From: Eledone cirrhosa
Lineage: Eukaryota
NCBI GenBank assembly: GCA_964016885.1
Contig: OZ024740.1
Coordinates: 119,040,001 to 119,104,000 of the forward strand
Reading direction: 5' to 3'
DNA length: 64,000 nt
Every line of letters begins with the position of its first letter. Position 1 is the first letter of the stretch. The position numbers and the translations under genes are program-made. Shown here one piece after another: positions 25,469-40,402 of the stretch. Below the pieces are notes generated by a model, which worked only from the letters and a program-made list of their open reading frames with translations, searched no databases and was not told the DNA's origin.

Positions 25469-25849
25469 CTAAAAATAGATCATCTAATGTTAAAATATAT
25501 ACAACGCAAATATTTTAAATAATGAAAAATTGTAAATAGATTTTGTAATGATTTACTTGATATTCAAATGTAGAAGTGAATACTTAATAACAACCATGTC
25601 ATGTCATACTATATGAATAAATTCTGAACATAATTAAGTATATATGTATAGGTCATAAAAAATCAGGAATTTCCATGGTGCAGTAATAGCTGTGTGTTTA
25701 AGAACTTCTCTTCACAACCATGTGTTTTTGAAAGTTCACTCCTTTAAAGGTACCAAAGAGACAGGTGAGGATGTTAAACCATGTGAATAACTATGTGGAC
25801 CTCTCCCACCAAATAGGCCAAAGCATACAGCACTCAACATCAAACCAAT

Positions 25850-26075
25850 TGAGTGAAAGCCGGAGGTAACCTTCTCTCTAGTTAAGTAACATCATGTTGT
25901 CTGTAAATTCCAGCCGACTTATTTTACACCAGCCAGTCATAATACGACTTCAAATTTGGCTCCACATGTCAATCCTGTTCATGAAAATAATGAACAGGAA
26001 AGGTGCCAATGTGCAACCCTGCCAGAGTCTGACACTCAAATGGTTTTTATTTAGCACCATTTATCCGAACACAAT
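25850..26075 (-). mobile_element. RTE family C RT fragment
   Basis: Minus strand reads WQGCTLAPFLFIIFMNRID. Confidence 0.65.
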
Positions 26076-27124
26076 TACTTGGGCATTCTATTTTATTTTA
26101 TTTTTACTTTTAGTGATTTTAGATCTTGGACTGTGAGCCTACTTTCAAACGTTTTAGTCAATCATATAAAACCCCATAAGTAAATTGATCTTATACTTAC
26201 ATTGATTTCTATTCATCTCTGCACAATAAATAGCGAAGGTCTTTTTTTTTAGTGGGCATTGCCATAAAGAGAATTGACTCAATCTTCCACTTTGACACCA
26301 ATATACCCAAATACATGCACATGCATACACCTATACACATATGCTCATACACATGTACGTTTATAACAAAATTCTGCAGTTACCACCTACATTTCACTCA
26401 CAAGTCTAAAGTAGAAAACATTTGTTGATTGTGCCACATAGGGGGATGGAACCTAGAACCATTTGACTTTAAAATGAACTTATTAATCGTACAGCTATGC
26501 CAGCACATGCCTATGACTGTTTTTAGCCAACATCTTTTACAATATATTTTGACATCTCGAACTGATAGAAAGAGAAAAACTAGAATATTTTTATATTTTC
26601 TTTTCCATGCCTTTTTATCTTCTGTTGCATTAACAAGTTTTGTTTCTTTCAATATTCTTGGAAATAACTATATACATATACACTTTTTGTTTCTTTTTTA
26701 TTATCTTGTTATTTATTGATTCTAATCTCAAGTACCTTTTCAGAAAGCTTTGACAAGGGAATTTCCAATTGCTATTAAATCCATACCAATTGACGTTATA
26801 CACTTTCTGTCATGAACCATAGATTCTGATTGCCTGTAAACCAGCTTTCCTAACATTAAAATTTCTCATCCCCAGGCATTTATTTACAAGATAATTATAC
26901 TTATTCAGGGTTGATTGAATTGGTTGATGGCATTCTTTATTATTATCTGTTTAGGAAACAACTCAAGAGATCTTAAAACACAATGATGAATGTTGGTAGC
27001 TTAAGATTATTTATTAGGTATTTTCATAAAGTCACAATTGACTGAGTTGCTTTAATAACTAAAGAGTAAACAGTTCTAATCCAGAAACTGGCAGTGTATG
27101 ATATCTCTAGCAAAGATACTTATA

Positions 27125-27320
27125 ATAATTGTTTCTACTATAAGCACAAGGCCAGCAATTTGAAGGGGAGGGGAAAGTCGATTAAATCAACCCCAGTGCA
27201 TTACTGGTGCTTTATTTTATCAACCCTGTAAGGATGAAACCAAAGCTAACCTCAGCAGGATTTGAACTCTATGCCACTAAGCATGTTGTCCAACACTCTA
27301 CCAATTCTACTAATCCAATA
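27125..27320 (-). mobile_element. S1 SINE
   Basis: Full set of S1 motifs including AATAATTGTTTCTAC and GGATTTGAACTC. Confidence 0.85.
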
Positions 27321-27323
27321 ATT

Positions 27324-27655
27324 GTGAAGGCATATGACATAGTGGTTAGGGTGTTCAGCTCATGATCATGAGGTCATGAATTCTATTTCTGATGATAGTA
27401 TGTTTTGTCCCTGAGAAAGACACTTTATTTCATGCTGCCTTAGTCCATTCAACTGGAAAATAAAATAGTTGCATTATAATACAAAATGGCCAGCCTTGTT
27501 ATGTCACATTGAATTTCTCTGGGAATTGCATTAAGGGCCTATGTGCACATGTGCAAGTGGAATACTCAGCCAGCTGCAAGTTAATTTCATGAGTAGGTTG
27601 TTTTGTTGATAAACAAACTAGAACACTTTGTTTGAACTAATAGAGATCCAACACT
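27324..27655 (+). mobile_element. tRNA-headed CORE-type SINE (S2)
   Basis: A-box-like TGACATAGTGG, decayed B-box, core CCCTGAGAAAGACACTTTATTTCA. Confidence 0.7.
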
Positions 27656-29099
27656 GTGACTGTTGTTGCTACATCATTCAGCTAATGAAATTGTTATTGC
27701 TGCTATTTTTGTTTTACTTTAGATTAACTTTGGATGAGTAAACCTATTATCAGAGTGATTTGTTTTGTTTTTTAAATAGTATGGTGCAGTTTTAGGGAAT
27801 TTGGCAGCTATTTCTAATTGTTGTTCTCTGTTACCTGATACCATGAAAATAATATATATACATTTCATATCCTAGTGGCTACAAAGTACAATTTGCAATC
27901 GTGTGTGCTGAGGTTTGGTCCCATTGTATGGCATTTTGGGCAATTTTCTTTTAATATAACCTCAAGAAAGAAGATGAGTTTTCTGTTCCAGTTTTTAAAA
28001 ATAGATTTTTGAATGGTAAACCATGGATTAACAACAGCTCATGATTGTTACTTTATTTTATTTCTCTTTCATACTTTCATTGTCCCTGCATCCATGTTTG
28101 CTTTAAATAAGTACACATAATAAATTCCATTTTACTCTTTTTCTAACATGCTTTAGATATTTAAATTATATCTAATGAACTTCTCTCAAGATCCATATCT
28201 AAGAGCTATAAAGTGTATCAAATATCAATAGTTTCAAAAGATAGAGATATTTTCGAAATAAAATCATTGTCTCTCACCAGAGACATTCTACAATAATTTG
28301 TTTAGTGGAAGTGATGGTGAACAAAACTAAAATTATTTTAATTTTACAATTAAACATTTATATATTTCTTGTTCCTTGATATTTGTTTCTTTTTTTCAGG
28401 CTGTCTTTTTATGTTATTGAATTTCATTTTCATTTTATGTGGGGGCTTGTGTGTATTGGCTGTTAGTCTCTATGTATGTATGAATGTAAGTATATATGTA
28501 TGTATGTATATATGTATGTATATGTGTATATGTATGTGAGTGTGTGTGTGTGTGTGTAGGGGGGGGGGGGTAGTGTGTATATGTAAATGTGTGTTTCTTT
28601 TGGCTTATGTACAAATGTGTATAAGTAGATGTTACTGTGTGTTTATATGTGTGTACGTAAGTCAGTATTAGTGTGTTTATGTGTATGTGCAGATATGTGT
28701 TAAATTATCAACAAAATAATACTGAGTGATCAAATATAATGTTGATATGCCTTATTTTATCTTTATTTTTTTTTTTTTTTTGTACTTCTCATGATTATTA
28801 TCAGACAATTAAAAATTGTAATTTTTAATTTCTCAGTTGGTCAATTTAGTTATATTGGTATTTATATAACATTTTATGTTTGGTTCTTTTTAACATTTTT
28901 TATGTATAAATATTAAATACTTTTAAAAACGTCTGTGGTTATGGTGTTAGACTATATAATCATATAGTCGTGGGTGTGATTCCTAGACTTTTCAGTGCAT
29001 TGTATTCTTGAGTAGGATGCTTAATTTCATATTATTCCAGTCTATTACACTGGAAAAGTGTTTGGTCTAGGTGCAGGGTCTTTTCGTGAAAAGACTGGC

Positions 29100-31380
29100 G
29101 ATTGTAACATTAAATTGAAATGCCACTTCCAGCCCAGCTGCATATGTCAAACCTGTTCATCAAGATTATAAACAGGAGTCTAACTCCCACATTGAAGTAT
29201 TTCAATTTAGCACAATTTATCCAAACATAAAAACTAGGGGATTCTTATAAAGACATCAGGACAATATGAAGCTGTCAATCAATCACATGCTCCTGCAAAA
29301 CCTTTTAAGGCAGGGCACATGGAAAATAGTTGTATGCATTTTTGTGGTCTAAGAAGAAATTATATACACCTTTTTTTGTAGTACTCCCACGATGTCTCAA
29401 TGATCAGCCCTTACAGTCAGTATATGGATGGTTGTGCTGCATCTGGGGTAACAACTACATTATTCATCGACTGGCTTTAGTTCAACAGTCTCCCTAAATC
29501 TTTTTTGTGACACATCGAGTTTAGACTTTACTGGGGAGGCTTTACAATGAGATCACCTATGTTTGGAGTAATCTCTCTTGTCACCCCTTTTGGAAATTAA
29601 GATTATCACTCCCGATTGCCATTGCTTAGGTGACATTCCAGAGATCCATACCACCAAGTAGACATGAGTCAGCCAGAGAGTATCTTCTCTATTTAAGGCT
29701 TTTAACATCTCAGGCCGAATTTCATCCTCCCCAGTAGCTTTGCAACATTTAACCATTTTAATTGCTCTTCTGATCTCAGCCTCTGAGAGATTAGTCATTA
29801 CTCCCAGACACACCTCATTTGCATCAAAAGTTGCTGTTATGATCGGGTTTAAAAAATCAGCAACATATTCTTTCCACCTTGCAAGGATGCACCTCTCTGA
29901 AGAGAAGTTTCTGATCGCAGATGTGGAGGAGGACCTTTTATTACAAAGTTGGCAGATGATCTACTAGAACTCTTTATTTGCTGATCTGAAGTCAGATTCC
30001 AGCTTAAAACCAACCTCCTCTCATGTCACTACTTTGGATGCTTTTACTGTCTCTGCTTCAACTTTTCAGGCCTGCATTTACAACAAGTACAAGAAGGAGG
30101 ATTTATTTCCAAGCCAAACTTTGTAGACCTCTATCTTTGCTTGGATGGCATTTAGACATCTTGATTGAACCAAGAGGTTATCCTGCCACCCAGTGCAACA
30201 AGCAGCTTTTACCCACAGCATTTAACAGCTGAAGTAGAAATTGCCAAACTAAACAGTTTTCACTCCATTTCAATGAGGGAGTTCTCTGAAGCTGGATGCA
30301 ATAGTATCTGTATACTTCATCCTGACTTCCTTATCAACCTGTGCTTTCCATTTTATTCTGTAGGTTGACTTGTACCTGCCTGTCAGTTTTATGAAATTCT
30401 CTTGCTTTAGGTAGTTTCAAGTTAAAGATACCTATATGGTCATCAGTTGACAGCTCAGCCACTCTCTTCACACGGACATCTAGTACAGAATCAAAGAGAT
30501 CAGAGACAATAACAAAATCAATTATTTATCTCTGATCCTGATTCTACTGAAAGCAAGAATTTTGTTTCTGCGCTCGGAAAAAGTGTTCATAATAGAAAGC
30601 CTATTACTAGAACAGAAGTCTAATAGGGGCTCTCCATTTGTATTTAGACTGGGATTACTATCCCTCCCAATCACTCCTTTCCATGTCAGGTGGTCAGTGC
30701 CAGCATATGCATTGAAGTCTCCCATTAGGACATACAACTCAGTCTTAGCTACATCTAACTACATCTAACTTCATCAAGGAAAGATCTGTATTCAGTCTCT
30801 TTATTTGGTGCATAACCTTTCACCACCAATAGAGACCTATCTTTCAACCTAAGCTTCAAGTGGTAAATCCATGCTAATGGGATCCAGTCCATAGCATGCT
30901 CTGACAGCCAGGGCTTGTGAGTATCCCCTTTTCCACCTTTGCAGTCATGTCTGGCTCTATACCTGAATAGTGGAATTTCCATCATCCGTCGAAAGAACTT
31001 TGTTGAGGAAACCCTGACTACATCTAGCCAGCAGTATCTAGCTTCCTTCAATAATTAATGTACCTTATCTGTAAGGGTTTTAATGTTCCATGTTCCAATG
31101 GTTATGGTTTGCTCCTATTTGAACCTCTTTGAGGTCTATGGACACACCATCTTTGTGTGCCCAACCCACACTTCCCAGGACAGGTTGCAGGTCCACTGCC
31201 AGTTTTTACAACAAGATATGGAGGCTTTAATATATTTTTAAAACAGGCCATTCTACCTAAGGCCTGATCACATTCCTTGTTAACCCACATGAAGAACGAT
31301 GCAGTATAACTGCCTTTGTTGTTTCTAGCCATATTGGTGATGTTGGCAAGCACCTCCAATTGTAGAAACAATGACAAAAG
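29100..31380 (-). mobile_element. Decayed RTE family C, 5' region through RT
   Basis: IGTWNIKTL, YAPN, VLMGDFNAYAG, LLDFCSSNRLSIMNTF, KATGEDEIRPEMLKAL. Confidence 0.88.
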
Positions 31381-34300
31381 GGTTTAGAGGACCATTTAGT
31401 CATTACGTGACAACCACTCTAGTTGGTACCATGAAAAATACTCTCAGTACAATCTGTAAGGTGGGGTGTTGATAAGAAAGCTGTAGAAACTATACCAAAA
31501 TGGTTGAGAAAATTCTTCACCGGTGCCAAGGATACAATAACCTTTGCACCAAGTACATTCAGTAAAGTGGTTGGCTGGACGAAGGGTGTCCAGTCATAGA
31601 GAATGTGCCAAACATAGGTTCAAATGGATACTTCTCTTGTGCCAAAGATATAATAACCACCCTTGTGTTAGTGCTATAGTATGCAGAAGTATACATAAGG
31701 GAGATGAATCCTCCAGCTAGTCTGAAAATAATTTCATATTTAACCAGATATTTGTGATCAGTGGTTCTTAAACTTTAATATTAGTAACCCCAAATATGTT
31801 ATGACTTTAAGATGGCCAGAAATTGAAATAAAAATTATTTTCATGAAAAAAAAATTGCATTCATCGTATCCACTATACATCCTTTATGGTCAGTAGTAGA
31901 GTAAGGAGGCAGCATTGAAATAAGGAAAAAATTAAGGAGGTAATATTAAATTAAAGGAAAAAAAGCTGTTTTCGTACAGTGAAATAGGAAAATGACAAAA
32001 GTTTTTTCCCCATAAACTTTCTAAATATTGAAAATGAATTTTATTGTTTGAAAACTGCATTGGAAATTTAAATTAAATAATTTCACAATTAATGTGATTT
32101 ATTGAATTTTATATTTTAGGCAATATCTTTAATTAGAAATAGGGTAACAAAAGAGATAATATTATATATACATTATTTCATACCAAGATTTAGTAATTAA
32201 TATTAATTAGAAAATAACTGGGTTCATAAGTCTCAGTCTCTATACAAGCTATGTAATCCTTTTGTCATGAATTGAATTTCAACTTTGAGATTACTAAGGT
32301 GGCTACAGCAGAATTGCCTTGTTAACCTTGCTTAAATAAGTGTAATAATTGTCAGAAGGAATAAATAAATGTCAAATAAAGCCAGCCATATATATTTATC
32401 AGAATACCATTGATGCATGCATTGCAGAAAAAAACTTAACTTCCTTCCTAATAAAAGCTGTTTTTCATCTTTTCATAACATATTTCCTTTAAATATATAC
32501 ATTTTATGAAAGCAATCTCTTTTGCATGTAAACAAAAAATATACAATATTAATATGTGTTATACTTGGAACATAAAAAAGAAATAAAGACAAGAAATGAT
32601 AAACTAACTTATAGCTATTCTTGCTATTCATAGTTTATTGAAATTTTAACTGCAATTTTCTGTTCATTACTTGGAAAAGAAAAATCAAATGATAAATACA
32701 TTTCTAGCATTTATAAAATACTTTGTATACTCATATATATATTTGGCAGAAAAACCCCACCACATAATCCATTATGCAACTTATTTACTAGACCTACAAA
32801 ACCTTAATTTTGAATCAATTACTGAACCAATATTGTTGTTTTTAAAATGGAGCTGTGACATATTTACCAATACAATTAATGCATGAGCATATATCATACT
32901 TTGATGCCGCAGAAACAAGCTCGTAATACTACCAGTAACACATCTTGAAAAAAAACAAAAAAGCTTTTAAACAAAAATAAAACTTTCACAAATTATTTCT
33001 GAAGCCACAGAAAAACATAATTGATAACTCTACTTTGGATCATAACACTGAGTTTAAATATCACTGGTTTATATGGATATTTACTGTTGGATCATTCATT
33101 CAAATTTTAGAATGTTTGTTTGAATATAACTTTTGATATAACTCTTCATTGTGAAAAGGTTATCCAGAAGTGAATAAATTGGGATACAATTTTATGATTA
33201 AGGGACACCAATCAGTAAAGGCAGACACGAGTTTGTCAATTGGGGACTGCCAGCTTATTATTAAGATGTTGAAGTAGTGATATAATCACATACTCTCCTT
33301 TGGACTATTTCAAATTTATTTAACAGAAGTTGGGAAATTAGGTTCACTTAATTTAAAACTGATTAACAAAATTATTTGATTATTCAAGCAAATGTTTAAA
33401 AAATATTTTCAGACTTTTCCCTCAACATTTTCTGTTTCATTACATAACAACTATTGTAGATAGTGGAATGGCAGAATCATTAGAGCATAGGACATAATAC
33501 CTAGCAGTATCTGTTCTCGCATTTTGCTTTCTTAGTTCAAATCCTGCCAGGGTCAACCTTATCATCTATCTTTTCAAGGTGAATAGAGTTTAGCAAAAAT
33601 GTTTTGAGTTTTCGTTTGAATGTCTGTGTTTGGTTTGATCAATGGTCAATGACATGGCGTTCAGTTATTGAATGGTTGAAGAGATTGATGTTGTTGGAAT
33701 CAAGTTGATGAGGGGACAAATTGATTACCTCAAAGCCTTGGGATAGTCCAAAAAAGAAACAAATCTAAGAATATATATGTTTATTTCTTACCATGTGACA
33801 AACAATAACAGACATGAGAATATTTAATAGCATGAAATAACAATGTGTATTCATTAATACATTGGTGAAATGTAAAGTTTGCAGAGAAGAGCATTTTGTT
33901 GTAATGTATATGTATTTAGGTGAGTTTGAATGTGTAATTCCAATGTATTACAGAGAGACAGAGTGAATGTGTGAAAATAGAGAGGTAGCACAACTAACCT
34001 GGTGACATGGCCTGGCTGTAGCAGTGCCATAATAACCAGCACTGCTACAGCTGACATTATCAAAGTCTAAGCAAGGTGAGAAAGATGGAATGTGTAGGTG
34101 TCAGTCTAGTTATTTTCATCTGGACTGTGAATAAAGTATATGACACAAAAAATGCAATGCCACATGACATCTTTGATCCACAGCAAATTTAACCCGGAGA
34201 TAATATTGGCAACAAAAATAAAGTACTTGTCCAGGGTCATGGATTAGGAGAATTGTTAGTGTAATGGACATTATTTGCTGTGGCTTTTGTATTCTGAATT

Positions 34301-35129
34301 CAAATCCCACAGGGGCTTACTCAAGTAACACACTTTATCTGTTTCCCAATTTAACACTACCAGCTTGCCTTTGGGTGTGTTTAGTGCAGTTAACTCAGTC
34401 ACAAGCAATTGGACCAGTTCTCCAGTTTAAATATGTGTATCTTCCTCCATCATTCCCTTCCATAAGTTTCAGAAGCTGTAGCAGGGGTTATGGGCACTAC
34501 CCTTCTTTCCTTTACCAGTAAAAAATATATAACAGCCAGGATTTTGAGGTTTGAATACTATAAAAATTCTCCCGCACATGCTTTAAAAGTTATCACACAA
34601 ATGCACAGAAGTCTCTTTATTTTGTCTCTCCCTGTGGCAATTACTATCAAACACACAGACACAAACAGCCTTGGGAAGCAACAGAAGAAGCAGCAGCTGA
34701 AAGTTAACTGATTTCCTCTTCAGAGTTCACTGTTGTGTAAATGTACGTTTGAATCAAATACACAAATATTACAGTCAAAAGGTGCAAGTGATGATTGACA
34801 TCATACATGAATGTAAGCTGGAGAGTTTTGTCTCAGAATCATAAAGATAAAGGGAATTGTGTATACTTTGATGAAGATAGCTAGCTAGTAAGCTAATATA
34901 TTTTACTTTATATGATAGTACATTAGAATGGATTCCCAATACAAAGTATTTAACATAGGCACCTGTGAATAAATAACCAAAAGCATAGAATGGGAAATGA
35001 ATTATGAGTTCAAGTTATCAGCAATCAACTAGATTGGTCTCTTGGCAAAATACATAATTCTATGTAAAGAAAACTACCCTACTGGTAAAAATATAATTTT
35101 ATATATTGGATTGAAGCATGCGATTTTGT

Positions 35130-35640
35130 GTTTGGCAGGTACTTGGGTGCTTCAAAAGCATAGTAGCCAGAGTAAGAACAGAGTTTAAAACGTTGAAAGT
35201 TTAATGCTGAATGGCAGAGAGACACAGGCGTTACATACAGAAAATTTACAAAGGATTGAAAGAAAGGAGGCTAACATGCTCACCTGTATGTGTAATGTGT
35301 CAGATTGCATGAATGACAAAGTAGAGGTGACTTGAAAGAAAAAATAGGCTTATGGAGAATCAGATGCAAAGTGCAAAGGGGAAGATTGCACTGGTGGAGG
35401 AACATCATGCACATGAATGATGATAATCAAGTGAAGAGGTCTCAGGAATTTCAGAGAAAGAAGAAAGAAAATAGGATGTCCAAAGAAAACGTAAGTAGAA
35501 GTGATGAGAGGTTGCCTCAAACCATTAAATAACACCGAGGAGAAAACAAAAGAACACAACAAATAGAAGAAAGCTATGCAAGAGAAGACTTGTCCAACCC
35601 ATGCAAGCACAAAAAGGCAGATGTAAAAATGATGATGACT
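35130..35640 (+). mobile_element. Decayed RTE 3' end
   Basis: LQRIERKEANML, RLHWWRNIMH, and tail CCAACCCATGCAAGCA...ATGATGATG. Confidence 0.75.
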
Positions 35641-37379
35641 TATAGAGAAGATAAATTAATTAATTCTATATAAGAAAATATTTCTAGTATTCCTTCAAAA
35701 TAATATTGGGTTTGTGCTGGGTCTAATAATTATAATTGAACTGACCATGATTTTGACCTGTTTGTATTTCATAAGATTTGTTTCTGTTATAACTACATTA
35801 CTGTAAATCTAGAGTACATCTAGAATTAATAAATTAATTTGTTGTACAGTGTGCCAGATTGTGTTCTATATACAATAAATACCATATCTGCACAACCAGT
35901 TGATTTCCCCTGAAAATTGATGGATATACAAACTGGATATATACAAATGTTTGGCTGATGGAAAATACATATAATAAGTATTTATTGCCCACACGCTCAC
36001 TGAACAAAAGAAAAACAGTAAAGAAGTAAAATTAATAATAAAGACAATAAACATGAAATTTCCAACTGATCTGTCTTACATTAGCATATAATGCTGAATT
36101 TAATTTATTTTATAGTCAAACCTTGCACTATTGTGGCAGTGTTTTTGTTATCCATGCCAGCATAGAAAAACAGATATAAAATGTTAATGATGATTATAAT
36201 GAAGATAATCAGGATGATAATAATGACAATGATGATGTAATACTGTGAAGACTACAATATACTCAAAATAAATCTACCTACAATCAATGAAGGGTATGTT
36301 TTTCATAGAAGGGAAATGAAGTCAAGATTCTGGTTCAAGAATATGCTGGATGCATTTATCATGCCATCATAATTTGAAAGGTTATTATAGGCTCAGGAAC
36401 ACTAATGAATTCCCTTAGCCCTATGTTGTCTTTACTCATTCAGCTATAACTTTACACGTTGCACTTGGTACATTTTATTGTGGCACCAGCATTAGTGAAA
36501 CTACCTTGAATCTCTCGAGATGAAAGTATACTTATTGCGCAACACTATTTCTCATAGACTAATACATTTCCTTTAATACGATTTGATGAATAAGAACATT
36601 GAAGGAATCCTGATTCAGATTTGAGAGTGCATGAGAGTAAAATTTATAAATTTTTCAAAAATACGTTAAAAGAAATAATATTTTGCTAAATTCAATAAAT
36701 TTCTACTTTTTATTATCATAGCAGTATACCAGAGTGGAAACATACTTGCTATTATTTTCCATACATATATCTGCATGATTTACTTTAAAATTTCTTGCCT
36801 CTAGCATCATGTCTCTTTCATAGCAGGAGTAATCAGAAAAGCTTGCTTTCAAAACCAAATATGTTACAAGATTTCAAAAGTAATAAACAAATATATTGAT
36901 ACCTAAAAGAATTTTCAGGTCTAAGTTAAGGAATAGCAGAATTATAATGAAAATTATTCACAATGAAGAGAACTATAACGTTCATATGTGAAGACTGTTA
37001 GGCTGAAATGACAAAGAGAACATCAACATTGAAGAATTATAAAAAAATTAATCATGTATAATCAATGCTTTAGAATCTCAACTTTCAGAACGCAAAAATA
37101 AATTTCAGAGCAACGAAACTCCTGGAATCAAATGAACTAGGGTGAAATGTATTAAAATGCTAATTTCATAACACACACTGACACATATACCTAAATGCAG
37201 GTGTTAAATTGTTTTCAATTTGTAGTAAAGTTATTTTGTGAGTTGAAGTATTTGAAGATACAACAGTGTGAGTATACACTGTGTGTGAATAAGTGTGTTT
37301 GGGGGGGGGGGGGGGTTTGAATGCGTGTGTGTGTATATATATATTGATAGAAATTATTCTACAGGATTAGAAATGTTTC

Positions 37380-38416
37380 ATTTCTATGAAGTCATGTGGT
37401 ATGTCTCTATTCGAACGCCTAAGCATTTGTGTTTGGGTAAATAGTGCTAAATCAAAGCCATTCAACATGGAAATCAGATTTTATCAAGGGTGCATACTGT
37501 CACCTCTCCTGCTTATTATTTTCATGAACAGAATTGACATGCACAGTTAGATTGGAAGTGGTATCATGACTGGCAAGTGTAGAATCAGTCAGCTGGAATT
37601 TGCAGATGACATGGTTTGACAGAAGGTAATTTCCAACTTGGACTTAGAGGTTTTATACGGAGTACTGCATGTCTGGAATGAAAATCAGTGCAGTGAAAAC
37701 TGAGACCCTTGTCCTCTCTAGGAACCCTGCACAGTGCATTCTACCTGTGAATGGAGTTCCACTGAAGCAGGTGGAGAAGTTCAAGTATCTCAGGGTCGTG
37801 ATGGAAAGCAGGAGGTTGAATGAAGTGCAAGAATTGCAGGAGCTGGTGCAGTAATGTGCTAGCTTCAGCATTTGTGAATCAGAAGATGGAAAGTAGGTTA
37901 AAAACGAAATTCACTATCTTGATTTTGGTTATGTGCCAACCCTTTCCTATGTACGTTTATTTTGGGTAATGACCGAAAGCATTTGATTGTGAATACAAGC
38001 AGCCAAAATGGGGTTCCTCACAAGGGTCTATGGATTAAGGTTACTTGATAGATTGTGTAGCTCAGAGAGCCATTCCAGACAGAGCCACTACTTCTCCGAA
38101 TTGAAAGATCACAGATCTGATACTATGTACATGTGGTTAGAATGTATCAGGAAAGAATTGCTGGATAGCTTTTATGGGCAAAACCAACCGGCAGGAGACG
38201 CAGGTGTAGACCCTGAGCAAAATGATTGGATAAAATACATGAGCTTGGCTGGTCTTGCATGGGGATCCAGCCAGATTAGTTGGAGATGGTTGCTTCTGAC
38301 AGGGTCCACTGGAAGAAGTTTTTCAGGACTCTTCTGCCATGACCCTCTCAGGAAGAAGAAGAAGAAGAAGAAGAAGAAGAAGAAGAAGAAGAAGAAGAAG
38401 AAGAAGAAGAAGAAGA
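37380..38416 (+). mobile_element. RTE family C 3' portion with (GAA)n tail
   Basis: QGCILSPLL, EFADD, GMKISAVKTETLV, KQVEKFKYL; (GAA)n at 38353-38416. Confidence 0.85.
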
Positions 38417-38557
38417 AACCATATAAATGTATATATACATACACTCACCCCCCCCCCCACGCATATTTGTCCATAAATACACATATATATATACACACGC
38501 ACCCATACATATATACATACTGATACGCATGCACTCACATTCTTTGGAGATCATAGT

Positions 38558-38925
38558 CATCACCATCATCATTTTACGTCCGCTTTTCCCTGCTTGCAAA
38601 GGTGGGACGAGTCCTATTCAGCACAGCATCTCTCCATTTGTCACGGTTCTTCGTCATCTCCACCGTGAACTTCAGCAATCTGAGGTCTGCTCTCACCACC
38701 TCCGCCCATGTTTTTCGTGGTCTTCCTCTACGGCGTCTTCCTTCAACTGGCATTTCTTGGCACTTCTTTACCTAGCGGTCATCCTCCATGTGCACCACAT
38801 ACCCATACCATCGCAATCTTCTCTCTCACACACTACAACTTATCCCTCTTAAACACAGTTTCTCTCTCAATACATCCATGCTCAGTCGTTTACGTACATT
38901 GACATTGCACATCCAACGGAGCATA
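38558..38925 (-). mobile_element. RTE family B 3' fragment
   Basis: Colinear with 12110-12470; CAT-type tail. Confidence 0.9.
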
Positions 38926-39169
38926 TTCTGTACGATTATGATTTATGACTGGGGACTTGTCTAAGGTACTTTTAGCAAGCTCTAAACTAAATACAGAGGG
39001 TTGGGGAGTAGTGGGTAGTTTATCACTCCCCGAATTCCATGCCTGTGAACAAGTGTTAAGATTAACTGGTGATTCTGAATAGAAGAAATTATTTATATTT
39101 ACATCTGGACTTCACAAGTATCATTATGATATGTATACTCCATATAAAAAGTTTAAAGTCTGTTTTAAG

Positions 39170-39420
39170 GCAGAAGGTTCATTTGGCTGGTGTTTATCCT
39201 GGTTTGATGGCGTAAACAACTGAGAGTAGAAGACTCCCCCCTAAACAGGACGGCAGTCCATCACAGGGTTAAACCCCAAGCTATTGCTGGTACTCATTTT
39301 CATCTGAGTATATTGGAGCAACGTGAAATGAAGTGTTTTGCTTAAGAACACAACATGCTACACAGGAATAGAACCTACGACATTAAGATCGTAAGTCGAA
39401 CACCCACGTTGCCTCCACAT
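39170..39420 (-). mobile_element. CORE-type SINE
   Basis: GTGAAATGAAGTGTTTTGCTTAAGAACACAAC (reverse complement of the S2 core) and a tRNA-like head at about 39365-39420. Confidence 0.65.
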
Positions 39421-39607
39421 ACTCCATGATGGACTACTAAATTGCATTTCAAAGGACACACATGTTGTTGAGAGCTTGAACTCAACTGCACCAGCATTTA
39501 CAGATTGGAGTGTTGTATGCACAGCCCACAGTTTATCAATATCTTATCCCAAAGTATATATATATATATATATATATACTTTGGGATAAGATGTTGATCA
39601 ACCGAGT

Positions 39608-39659
39608 CCGAGCTGAAGATCTGCATAAGGTGAAACAAAGGTGAAACAATTGTTCTTGG
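39608..39659 (+). ncRNA. Minimal type I hammerhead ribozyme motif, disrupted by an 11-bp duplication
   Basis: CCGAG-CTGAAGA-tctgcataaggt-GAAAC...AATT-GTT-CTTGG; helix I CCGAG/CTTGG; palindromic helix III ACAATTGT; aaggtgaaaca is duplicated. Confidence 0.65.
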
Positions 39660-39686
39660 TATGGTGAACTAACTGTTGTGTTACTA

Positions 39687-39755
<69 letters not shown>

Positions 39756-40312
39756 ATATATAATGAAAAAATAACTGTCATTGCTTATATTAAGTACACC
39801 AGTTGAATTTCTTTCCTTTCATTGTGCCATTTTCATTCTTCAAACTTGTTGCATTGAAATCACTACTGATTTCCATTTAAATTTGGCAGTTATCATACCA
39901 CTAAAAATCAGAAGATGTGGCTATGCCTTAGTAACAAGAAATTTGTGAGAAAGCAGTAAGTATATAATTCCAGATAACAATTGTTGGCAGAAGTGTTTAA
40001 AAATTTACAGAATTTTGGCACGAAATGCAATTCATATTTTGTCGCTCCTCACATAACTTTACCTTATCAAATAGCTAATTAAAACTAATTGTGTTAATAT
40101 GATTGCAAGTAACCTACAATCAAAATATTACAATCAGAAATATCTATTTCTAAGTTTCCTAGATGATATGTTATTATTTCCTCAAATCTAGTTACTCCCA
40201 CCTTCTCTCTTTCCCTCTCTCAACTAGATGTGTATGCCTGAAAATTTATAATTACACACACACACAAATAGTGGACATTAAAACGGCAATGATATATATA
40301 TATGCAGGTATG

Positions 40313-40402
<90 letters not shown>

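Noticed and set aside
27324-27400. tRNA-like sequences at SINE heads
   Set aside because: These are decayed A/B boxes without a complete cloverleaf; they are not tRNA genes.
36810-37145. Coiled-coil-like coding appearance on the plus strand
   Set aside because: Stops and frameshifts in all frames and no consistent splice sites.
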